Below, piece after piece: positions 1-11,200 of a stretch of DNA of 54,237 nucleotides. The notes beneath the pieces were generated by a model, which searched no databases, was not told where the DNA came from, and saw only the letters and a program-made list of their open reading frames with translations. Made by a program: the position numbers and the translations under genes. How positions within the stretch are numbered: position 1 is the first letter of the stretch; each line of letters starts with the position of its first letter. Origin of the DNA: Craspedostauros australis. Its lineage: Eukaryota. The DNA is taken from assembly GCA_030167865.1 (NCBI GenBank), contig JALAGF010006085.1, positions 1-54,237 of the forward strand, in the 5' to 3' direction.

Positions 1-790
1 CCATGTAGTATTGGCAAATCTATTAGAGTGGTCGAATACAACCTGGTGAGTCAAGAACGAGCAAATTGCAATGTCGCATCCTACAGCATTGGGCGTGAAT
101 GACATGGAACGTCGCGAACAGACCAGGTAGTATCGGACAATTAGCTGGTACAGCCGAATACAACCTGTGGAGTCAAGAACGAGCAAATTGCAATGTCGCA
201 TCCTGCGGCGTTGGGTGTGAATGACATGGAATGTCGCGAACAAACCATGTAGTATCGGACAATTTGCCGGTACGGCCGAATACAACCTGTGGAGTCGAGA
301 ATGAGCAAATTGCAATGTCGCATTCCACAGCAGTGTTTGATGGTGACTTGGAACGTCGCGAACAGACCATGTAGTATCGGACAAATTGCCGGTACGGTCG
401 AATACAACCTGTAGAGTCGAGAACGAGCAAATTGCAACTTCGCATTCCACAGCGGTGTTTGCCGGTGACTTGGAATGTTGCGAACAGACCAGGCAGTATC
501 GGACAATTTGCCGGTACAGTCGAATACCACTTGGTGAGTTGAAACCGAGCGAATTGCAACTTCGCATTCCACAGCGGTGTTTGCCGGTGACTTGGAATGT
601 TGCGAACAGACCATGCAGTATCGAACAATTTGCCGGTACAGTCGAATACCACTTGGTGAGTCGAAACCGAGAGAATCGCAATGTCACATTCCGCAGCAGC
701 GTTCGCCAGTCACTTGGAATGTCGTGAAAAGACCTAGCAGGATCGGACAGTCCGTTCGTGTTGTCGAACACGCCCTAGTTGGAATGGTCG
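1..790. repeat. Tandem array, 122-bp unit, about 6.3 diverged copies (may continue left of the window)
   Basis: Anchor cca(t/g)g(t/c)agtat recurs at 1, 123, 245, 367, 489 and 611, and degenerately at 733 (exact 122-bp period). The cores gagcaaattgcaa and cgaatac recur in most units. Confidence 0.95.
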
Positions 791-1334
791 CAACCATGTC
801 GCACTACATCACACACCAAATAGCGTCACAGAGACCCCAAAAGGCGACATTTTGGTCCAAAATGGCACTTTCCATGACTTTGATTGCCCTGACATTGTCA
901 CAAGCCGCACAACAAGCGACAATAATGGGTCTAAGTAATGCTGGTTTTTTGTCAAGATGAACAAAAAGTCATGAATTAGTCTCAAAATCACATTATTCGG
1001 TATAGAAAGGGGCTAACAAATGCCCGAATGTTGTTACTTGAACCGCTCATTCTGAAACTGCTTATTCGGAACTGCAACAACCACAATGACATCCGTGGCA
1101 CATCGCGCCTTGGGGTGCAAACGGTTCAAAACTGCAGTGTACGTGCAAACCGACCAACATGCTGGGCGAATGCGCCAAAGGCGACGCAGTGGAAACACTG
1201 TTTCGGTGTGGCCAACGCAGAAAAAAAAGGCACAAATGAGAACATGTTCCACGATTCGATGCCGAGATGGAAAAAACGGTGCGAGTGTCCGAGTGAAACA
1301 GTCACAGCCGAAATTTGCACGACAAAGCACTCCC

Positions 1335-2800
1335 GGTCTTCGTCCGTGTCTGTGTGTGCAGGGTCTTTTTCGTTCGTTACGATTCAGCCTGTCTGTGCTT
1401 GCTGTTGTTGCGCGTCTGACGACTCGGTATGATAAGCCTTGCCTGTTGCCACGGTACTGCACGGACACGACAGACACGACACCACACGACACGCACGACA
1501 CCACACGACAAGCACGATAACAACAACATCGGACGCGTACCACCATACGCGGCCCTCCTGCTCTTCGTCCGTGTCTGTGTGTGCAGGGTCTTTTTCGTTC
1601 GTTACGATTCAGCCTGTCTGTGCTTGCTGATGTTGCGCGTCTGACGACTCGGTTCGATAAGCCCCCTGTTTGTTGCGACGGTACTGCACGGACATGACAG
1701 ACACGAAACGACACGCACGATAACAACAACATCGGACGCGTACGGTCCTCGTCTGTGTCTGTGTGTGCCAGTCTTTTTGGTTCGTTACGGTTTCGGCTGT
1801 CTGTGCTTGCCGATGTTGCGCTTCTGACAACTCGGTACAAAAAGCTTTGCTTGTTGCGACGGTGCTGCACGGACATGACAGACACAACACGACACGCACG
1901 ATAACAACAACATCACGCGCGCAACATTGAACACGTGCCATCAGTCTGTGTGTGCCGGTCTCTTTCGTTCGTGACGATTTGGCTTGTCTGTCTGTGCTTG
2001 CTGATGCTACGCGCCTGACAACTCGGTACGATCACCCCCTGTTTGTTGCGACGGTACTGCACGGACACGACAGACATGAAACGACACGCACGATAACAAC
2101 AACATCACGCGCGCAACATCCGACATGGTCCTCCTGGTCTTCGTATGTCTGTGTGTACCGGTCTCTTTTGTTCGTTACGATTTAGGCGGTCTGTGCTTGC
2201 TGATGTTGGGCGCCTGACAACTCGGTACAATCACCCCTGTTTGTTGCGACGGTACTGGTCTACATGACAGACACGACACGCACGAAACAAAACCATCGCT
2301 CGCGCAACATCGATCGCACACCATCAGACACAGTCCTCCTGATCTTCGTTTGTTTCCGTGTCCGTGTCCGTGTGTACCAGTCTTTTTGGTTCGTTGTGAT
2401 GTAGCCCGTCTGTCTGTGTTTGCTGATGCCGCACGTCTGACAGGTCGGTACGATCAGCCCTGTTTGTTGCGACCGTATTGGTCTACATGACAGACATGAC
2501 ACGCACGATAACAACAACGTCGATCGCACACCATCAGACACAGTCCTCCTGCTCTTTGTCCGTGTCTGTGTGTACCGGTAGTTTTGGTTTGTTACGATTT
2601 AGCCTGTCTGTCCGTACTTGTTGATGTTGCACATGTGACTACTCAGTATGATTGATTGACCCTGTGTGCCATGACTCCATACCCGGTTTGTTTCAGCAAT
2701 ACTGCACGGACATGCGACCCACGTACAGAATTGCGCGGGCACAATCAAACACAACATGTCCAATCCTCCTCTGTGTCTGTGTATGCAGGTCGTTTTGTGC
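1335..2800. repeat. Tandem array, variable unit of about 183-225 bp, about 7 copies plus a degenerate partial copy
   Basis: A gttacgat-like anchor occurs at 1376, 1601, 1784, 1971, 2174, 2393 and 2591. Shared blocks include gtctgtgtgtgc, ctgac(g/a)actcggta, tgttgcgacggtactg and gacagacacga. Confidence 0.93.
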
Positions 2801-3001
2801 CAGTTCAAAGTGACATGGAGAGCCAAGGGAAACGAGCCAAACAACATACTAAATTGTGCATGTTATTGTGTGTTCAGAACAAATCAAAAATAGCAGTGCT
2901 TGCCCTGTTCGTTTTACTCTCTCTGTTGCTGAAATGGATATTTCACTGGTAGGTGTCACATGTTTGTCCTCCATCCTGTTGGTATACCAAGATACATCAG
3001 A

Positions 3002-4041
3002 ATGGCATCGGAGACTACAGAGACAATCATTGCATGCATGGGCATGGATCTTCTGGGACAAGCAATTGATCCTGGACTCCAGCCTTCACCATCAGATAGT
3101 GTGCAAACATGCGTCCGAAGCAACCTTGGAACACACACAAAAGTGGTGGCAATGGCATGGGACGGACTGAATGAGAAGGACTTACTGCCTTGTAATGCAA
3201 CAATGGAGCACCTGCTGTGCACTCTAATGTTCTGAAACAATATCCAACATGGGGAGTGCTGGCAGGACAAATGGGAAAGGATGTGAAAACTGTACGGAAG
3301 TGGACACAAATTTTTCTTTGTGCATTGGGACTCCTCAGCCGTGAACTTGTAAGTGGCATGACGTTAGTACATCAACAGCCAGACTGCAACATACACAATG
3401 GAATTGATGAGCCACATGCTGTATCTCTCACAATCTCTGTCTTGTCCAATGTTGCCAGGTGTTGATCCTATCCCAGATATGCTTTGAAGATCGGAAAATG
3501 GAATGTGCACAAGGAGCATCAAACATGGCATCCGTAGATGGCACGGACTTCTCCATCATAGAGCCTACATTGTATGACCCAGGCTGGTATTNNNNNNNNN
3601 NNNNNNNNNNNNNNNNNNNNNNNNNNNNNNNNNNNNNNNNNNNNNNNNNNNNNNNNNNNNNNNNNNNNNNNNNNNNNNNNNNNNNNNNNNNNNNNGACAT
3701 CAGAATTTATTTAGAGAAGCTCCTACATTCATTGGATTCTTCCAAGAAGGTTGTTGCGGACTGAGGGTACAGAGGTGAGCCTACCTTCTACTTGGATCGC
3801 ATGCAACACAATGGCATGATTCGTGCATGCCATCAAGCTGTATATAAAAAGGTTCAAGAACTGGAAGTGCCTGAAGCAAAAATGGCGGCACTGTTTGGAT
3901 AAGCACCAGTATGCAATGTACATGGTTGCTGCAATCACGCAATTGGAACTGAAACATACGAATCAGCTGTTTAACCTCACCCGAACAATGAGGATCATCC
4001 AAGAGATGGATGATTGGTTGGATTCCCTGGTGGAACCGTAG
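3002..4041 (+). pseudogene. Degenerate PIF/Harbinger-type (DDE_Tnp_4-like) transposase pseudogene with one intron (3349-3476) and an N gap (3592-3695)
   Basis: Reconstructed pieces are EHLLCTLMF/LKQYPTWGVLAGQMGKDVKTVRKW (HTH-like), LSREL|ICFEDR across a gtaagt..ccag intron, SVDGTDFSIIEP..WY, DIRIY..VVAD*GYRGEP and RACHQAV/KRFKNWKCLKQKWRH..H..VAAITQLEL. These match Harbinger DDE motifs recalled from known family members. Lesions: frameshifts near 3232 and 3845, in-frame TGA at 3762-3764. Confidence 0.85.
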
Positions 4042-6105
4042 GAATAAAAAGAACCACATGCAAGAAACTATGACACTTTAGAATAGCAACAACAACAAGC
4101 ACTGTTCAATCTATTGTCACTGTAACTGCTGCAAACAAACTGCAGTTGGCTGTACCAACCGAGAATGTATCTCAGGACGAACCAAGGTGGTCTGGAGGAG
4201 CGATCCTGGTCTCGAAAGGTAAAGACAAGGACAAGGACAAGGACAAGGAAGAGGAGAAGCAACAGTGGCATGAAGCACTTTGTATGCAATCATGATTGTG
4301 TTGTTGACAAACACATGGAAGGACAAAAAGAAGCAGCTTGTATGACATAAGAACAACAACCATGCATATTACCAGGTAGTTTTGGACTCCTGCATCGAAC
4401 AAGTCTGGCACATCATCCGGCCATCAAGGTCCGTGGAGATTGGGCCGAGCATCTTGTCAAACCTCTCTGCATCCTGAAGCAAGCCAACACTACGCCAGAA
4501 GGCAGCAACTGCATATCAACCGATGCCATCAAGGAGTCTTGGCAAGGAGCGGGCTGGGACGGCCTGATATGGACTGCATGGTTGGTGGAGTGGAGAAAGC
4601 ACGGCCCCAACCCTACTGGGTCATCGGAGCGCCAGAAACCCTTCCACTGGCAAGCCAGAGTGACTCACAAACTGTATCAGGTGGCACTACAATAGTGATC
4701 GAGCCGAAATCACAAGCCCCACAAAGAAGGCAAGCGCGGCATCATGCCACAGAGCATGAATGTCGATTGCTAAGCCTTTGTAGAGCTGCCTTGAAGATCT
4801 ATGCATTCCCACGCTGTGTAAGCTTGGTCAGCACCTACCAGGAACCCAGCCAAGGAGAGCAGAGTGACTGCTAGCTGTGTCACATGGCAAGCCGCATACG
4901 GAGGCCACAGTTTCTCCAGAGCATCCAGCATAGCTGCACCATGCACCATCTGCACCCAACATCCTCCAGCGTGACCACACACCCAGCACGCCTCGCAGGC
5001 GTCACTGCAAGGGCAGCTGGTGCTGCCACACGTGTCTCCTTCATGTGCATTGTATATGTACTGGCATACACAATTGTATGCAACCACATGGCAGGGCAAG
5101 ACCTGCCAACGTTATCCGTTCACACTAAATGGCTTATGTGGAATAAACGAGGCAGTACGAAAGCAGCTGCAGCACATGGTTATGGATTATAGTCTATATG
5201 GTACAACAACAACAGAAAAAGAACTGTACACAGCATGCATGGGAGGAAGAGAGAAGCAACTTGCATTGTCAGTATGGTAGGCTGGAGTATTATAGTTGCT
5301 ACAGGGAGGACCGTCGTGAAGTGCGGATGCGAGCCAAGGACGAAGTCGCAATGGATGATGGACTGGTTGTCCCGAGTCGAAGGGAAGTCGCAAATACACG
5401 AGGAAAGCTACAGCAGAACCTGCGAAATGGCTGATTCCAACGAACTGCAGGAAAATCTGGAAAATAGCAACAATGGACCCACTTTCTATTCTTTCTAAGT
5501 CGCATTTACAAAAAAACACCGTTTTCCCTTCCCCTCCTGGGGTGCAGATGCCTCCTCTCTTCCCTCGTGATGTCAAACTCGCGCACTGTCCGACCGATGG
5601 TACGACTATGAGTACGTACTCGTACGAGGTCGGGCGCCGCAGTTCTCAAACGTTCCCTCTTTCGGCCTCCACCCTCCGCTTTCTCCGTTTGTCGTGTTTG
5701 TGTCTGTGCGTACTCACGACTCGTGTTTGCGCTTGTGCTCGATCCTGTTCGCATGAGTTCTCTCTTGATGGGAGTTGTCGTCGTTGTTCCTCGTTGTTGG
5801 TTCTGGTTGGTTTCGCGATTGTGTCCGAGCGCTTCTTCAGCCCCTCCGAGAAAGGGTTGATTGGTTGTGACTTCCAGAGTCACGAATGTCATCATAAATC
5901 TAAATAGAGTAGGTACGGCAGAGTGTCCTCCCTCTTTGCCAATTGAGAGAAGAGTACTCTACCATGTTTGTGTAGCAACAAGGAAACAGTAGCGTGTGGA
6001 AGATCCCACAGCATTGGAAAATAGGGAATAACAGAGTGTGAAGAATGGAGTGTTCTCCTCTATTCTACGACTATTCTGCTCCATGCTCTTCATCTCACAT
6101 TCAGT

Positions 6106-7365
6106 CTAGGCAGCATCGACAAGACGTGTCTGATTGCTGGAAATGTCTCGGATGTAGGACTGCAGGATGGCAACAAGATCTGGGATGCCGTTGAACTCTC
6201 CGATCAGATTCCGAAGCATGTCAAGGAGATCTTGCTGTTGCTTCCTCGTGTATCCTGGCACGTACGAGTGCGCGGCTCTCTTCTTGCGAGGCCGCAAGCG
6301 AACGCACTGCGTCCAAAGACACTGCACATCCTCCAACCTCGAGGCCACGTGAGGGACCTGGGCGTTCAGCAATTCTGCGCCAACTCTCCGCAGCAACCCC
6401 GGAGCCGTAGATTCGTTGACCAACTGCTCGTACTGCAGGTACAGTGCGACGTTGTAATGAGGATGGGTCGCCCACTGTCGCACGAAGTCTGCGTACTGCC
6501 GGATCTGCTCGCGAAACATCTTGCGAATCCATCGGTTCCATGCCCGCTCGGGGGCCTGCTGCGAGTGGAACGCAAGGCCGTGGCTGTTCTCCCACAGATG
6601 ATTGCGTCGGGATGCGAAGGCCTTGGCTGGGTTGCGCAGCAGCACGATGGCGCGATTGTGATAATGCGGCAGCCAGCCCGGATTTGATGGCGACCGATGA
6701 GGTAGCACCGGCCAGTGGGTTTTGCAGGTTGCGGCGTGGGCTGCATGACATGTCGTGTTCTTGGCCAAATCGATCTCATCGTACACGGACCAGCCGGGGA
6801 TGCCACCAGTGATGGCATGGATCAAGTCGCGGAACATCTCGGCGCCGGATCCTGGAAAGGAGGGCACGAAGATGGGCCTGTTTTGCTGGGAACACATACG
6901 AATCATCGGCTTGGTCGATGGAGACTGCGGATGTGCCCTCTGTGCTGTCTGTGGTGTCTGTGCCGTGTCTTCGGACAGATCGTCGCAGTACTGCCATTGC
7001 ACAAGGCAGGATGATCCGGAGTGTGCATCGCTCGCATCAGATGTCATCCCAACGGAGCCTTCTTGCCCCCCTCCCTCTCGTTCATCAAAAGATACCTTGT
7101 CATTTTCCTTGCCTCCGACACCAACAGCCGTTCCATCTCTCAACTCAGCGCCGACGTTCCCTTGAGCGTGCCAAACGACCACATCGTTCACGTTTGGTTG
7201 TCCGATATCTCCTTCAATCTGACCTTCGAGATGGTGTAGCTTCATCTGGAGATGCAAGAACGTGCAGAAAGCCACACCAAGGCAGATGGCTCTCCACCTC
7301 GCCAAGGCGATCCGCAATAACTTCGCGCACAGCCGAGGTCTGTTCCGCGCCCTCGACACTGGCAT
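6106..7365 (-). CDS. Sulfotransferase-fold protein (WSCD-like), probable type II membrane/Golgi protein
   Basis: Contains PSFPGSG (5'-PAPS-binding loop), CKTHWP, AIVLLRNP..FAS (3'-PB motif) and LQYEQL, plus an N-terminal hydrophobic anchor AICLGVAFCTFLHL after a basic stretch. Start is uncertain (ATG at 7365, 7401 or further upstream). Confidence 0.8.
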   Translation of the reverse strand: MPVSRARNRPRLCAKLLRIALARWRAICLGVAFCTFLHLQMKLHHLEGQIEGDIGQPNVNDVVVWHAQGNVGAELRDGTAVGVGGKENDKVSFDEREGGGQEGSVGMTSDASDAHSGSSCLVQWQYCDDLSEDTAQTPQTAQRAHPQSPSTKPMIRMCSQQNRPIFVPSFPGSGAEMFRDLIHAITGGIPGWSVYDEIDLAKNTTCHAAHAATCKTHWPVLPHRSPSNPGWLPHYHNRAIVLLRNPAKAFASRRNHLWENSHGLAFHSQQAPERAWNRWIRKMFREQIRQYADFVRQWATHPHYNVALYLQYEQLVNESTAPGLLRRVGAELLNAQVPHVASRLEDVQCLWTQCVRLRPRKKRAAHSYVPGYTRKQQQDLLDMLRNLIGEFNGIPDLVAILQSYIRDISSNQTRLVDAA

Positions 7366-8275
7366 CGTGGATATCCTGGTCGTACCATGATCGAAGACCA
7401 TGAATGTGCAAGCGAGATTGGTGTTGCACTCGTAACGAGGTTGTATGACAGTATTGACACCCTTATCGTTGCCAACCTCCACCAAGATCACCACGATACC
7501 AACATGATGTGCCAACAACATCGAATTCGAGAGGTGGGCTGAAGGTGTTCCCTGTTGTGTCGACTGCGTCATGTGTTGCGCGTTGTCGTGGACTTTATTC
7601 GTTGTTGTTCTTTTGGAGTTCTTGTCCTTTTTCTTCGTGATTGAACCATCACTCGTGACACACACGCAAGATCAAATTCTGTCATTATAACGGCGTTCTC
7701 GGAGACGTTACTTTATGGTTGTCGTTGACAGCGCCAGCCGAGGGATTTCCCACGAACACAAACGGTCGCCAAAGCGTCACACAGGAAGGGAAATCTGCAT
7801 GTTGCGGCGACCGTGTTGGGCAGTCAGCTTGTGAGCACTTTCACACGAATACGGACTTCACGCTGCCATGATGTGTGACATCGAGGACAAAACTGCATGA
7901 CAGAATGAAGGGAAAGCAAACGCCATCAACCTTTTATACGTTCCCTTCGATGTGCTCCAAACCAACCTCTCGCGTTAGATACATCAAATTAGAGAGAGAG
8001 AGAGAGAGCCCTGAGAGGAAGCCAATTGAGCACGAGGACAGTCCAAGATCAAAGCGTACGAGAACGAGAACGAGAACGGATACTTCACGAAACAGCAGGA
8101 CAATCCCCAATCCGCAAACCGAAGAACAGCACCATCCGCATGAGCAAACCCACCTTGGTCGTCCATCCTAAGCTTCGCCGAGTATCATTGCGATCAAGCA
8201 TTGCAGATCACTGCTCAACAACACATCACGTCGGTTGCAAATCCATCTTGCCGCTATAGCAGAAGTGCAGTCAAG

Positions 8276-11200
8276 ATGAGGCTCCCTTCGGCGGCTCAAG
8301 CACCGCCGAAGTGGAAGCCAAAGACGAAAGTTATTGACTACTGGGAGAACAAGAGTGAGAACAGAGGCGGTGGAAACACATCCGCACAGAACGGCAACAA
8401 CGATGCGTTGCATCAGCATCAATCAGCACAGGTTCCTCAATCTCAATATCAGATTTCGGAGCAGCAGCAGCAGCAACAACAAGAGCACCAGCAACAGGGG
8501 TATGCACAGCAAATGGATCAGGGGCAGCAGCAATGGGGAACAGAATTTCAGCACGAGCCAGACTCTCAAGAATCCAGGCAGCCTGCCGGAGACGGGAATG
8601 GCGGACAGGGCATGAACGCACATCAGAGGAACCAGCGATCCCAACCACCGCAACCATCTCAGCAGCAACATGAACCAATCTATGAGGATCAATTTATTTC
8701 GCCCACAACTCAAACCACCCAACAGCAAAGCCGCATGGATTCAAGCTATGCGACCCTCCCTAGCCAGACAAAGTCGACATCGCAAAGCTACAGATCGCCC
8801 CAAACTACGCAGATGTTTGTGAAACAACCGCAAGGCCGCAATGAACGAGTTCAACAGCATGTGGGAAGCCATCCATCATCCTCTGCATCTGAATCAACAC
8901 ATGCGGCTTTCCAGACGACCTCAAACCGCACGAGTCCCTACACGACAGGAAACCTGTACCCGCCACAAGCATCGGAGTCCGCGCAATCCGCGCAATCATC
9001 GAAGCTTTCTCAGTCGCGGCACAAGCCCAGAGCGATGGAGCAAGTAGCGATGACTGCAGAGACAGATTCAAGCAATGCCCAGGGTTTGCAGCAGACGTCG
9101 AATCACAGCAACGGTGTCAGCAACGGCACCAACGACAACGCAGCCAACAACTTGGGGGGCTTCCTCCTCAGCAACCATGACATCATGAAACGCATCGTGA
9201 AGTTCGATGAAGCGCCTCAATCCGCCCAGGACAGCTTGTTCGTGGACATGCAGAGGAGCACGAGCACGACAAGCACAACAGAGCTGCAGCGTGCTGTTCA
9301 GAATTACCGGACGAGCTACGCGCGCAGAATAGAGGAATCCGATGCAAGTGACGTGCCTGCCGCGGAAAGCACAGAAGAAAAGTACCGGCTGCCTCCCCTT
9401 CGAGAGATGGTGAAGAAACAACCTCCCGCACCACAGCCGACTCAGACAGCAAAACAGCGGGAGAATCCACTTCTCCGTGGACATGATCACATCGATGACC
9501 ATCTCGGCGACCACAGCGGCGATGACGAACACGAGCCCGTGTACGAATACAAGAGTGTGCAAGGCGAAATCTATGATCAGGAGCAAACCCGCATGGTTGG
9601 GCAGCAGGAAAGTCATGTGTACGATCAGCAGCAGAGTCAGATGTACGATCAGAAACAAAGCCAGGCCAATGGTCAAGGCCAAACCAAGATGCATGCTCCG
9701 GCTCGGAACGAACCTGAACAGCCTCAATTTGATCAAGAACACTTCGACCAACCTCAATTTGATCAAGCATACTTCCATCAAGACCACTTCAATCAGGCAC
9801 AATTCAATCAGACGCAAAATCGACCACAGAGGCAAGGATACACATCAAATCAACAACCCATGATGGATGCCTACGATGATGAAGACGATGACGATGACGA
9901 CTCTGATGAAGTTCATGTGGATACTCATGTGGAAGAGCACGGCGCAGCCCATCACGGTGGGACGCAGATGCTTTCCATGCAAGAGCGATTGCAGCAACAT
10001 GCGCAAAGCACAGATTCCCCACATCCCGGGATGAGTATGACGAAACACCAGCATGTTCAGCATGGTGCGACGAGCACCGACTACTACGAGGACATGACAG
10101 ATGACGACACAGCTGCATTCCTTGAGGCAAACTACGATGACAATCATGATCAATACGATGACCAGCTCGAGCTACCGCAATCGGATGACTTTGATGGAGC
10201 ATATGAGTTCGATCAGTACAACTCTGATTCCGTCTATGCCGACGAGGCACAGCGCACCGATATGGACCACGTGAACGTCAAGGCTGATATGCATGCACCA
10301 GCAGAAAGAGACACAATCGATCACCACTATCACCCTGATCAGGTGACCCGCAACACAGTCGAAGAAAACCTTCATTCGATGGCTATGCGTGTGCAGCAGT
10401 TCGATGGCGCACCAGCTCCGAGACAGGTACGTCCACAGCAGCCACCCCGATCTCGGCCAGTCCAACCCCAGCAAAAACAGCAACACCAGCAATACCACCA
10501 GGCAGCAGGACAGACGATACCTTTCAAGGAAGCTCGCAGTGCTCCCAACCTGCGCCCACCTCGGCAACAACAGCCACAACAAGCACTGCCACAACCATCA
10601 AAGCAACGACGACCACTGCAACAGCCACCACATCAACATCAATATCAACAACAGCGACAACGACAGCAACCGCTTCAACAGCAGCAAAAGCAACCGAAGC
10701 TGTACCCTCCCATGCACTATCAGCAATACTTTGCGCCGGACAAGCTACCTAGCCGAGCTGTGTCACTGGCTGCGAAGCTTGCAATGTCGATACCGGCAAA
10801 GTCACTGGCAGATGAGGCGCTGATGAGCATCGCAAGTGAGAATCAGTTGCCGCAGGTGCAAAATCAACCAGTTTCAAGCCCTCGGAAAAAACCGCCGGCT
10901 CGCGCACTGAGGAGTTCGCCACAACTCGCTGTGCCGGATCATCTTCTGTCAGGCTCGCCGCGTCCAGCCTATCCAGTCCAACAAACCCATAAAGCCCATC
11001 AATCGCAGCCGGCATCTGCCCAGCTGCAACCAACCAACGCAACGAACGCCTTCGCTGAGACTGCTCAGACGGCTGCCGCGCTGACTCAAGCATGCCGACT
11101 TCCCCCGATCCTCCAATTGGTCAACACGAACCTCCTTCAGCATGCTGCCTGCACGAACAACCAGACCATCAACCCAACCATGAGCGACGAGCAGAACGAC

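Noticed and set aside
141..2541. ORFs inside the arrays (141..614, 173..652, 1034..1885 etc.)
   Set aside because: They are by-products of stop-poor repeats; periods are mostly not multiples of 3 and no domain is recognisable.
1..2800. The two tandem arrays as CRISPR arrays
   Set aside because: Units are 122 and ~200 bp and similar along their whole length, with no short identical repeat separated by unique spacers. There are no cas genes and the context is eukaryotic.
3762..3764. In-frame TGA in the transposase as selenocysteine or readthrough
   Set aside because: There is no redox motif, frameshifts flank it, and CGA-to-TGA decay explains it best.
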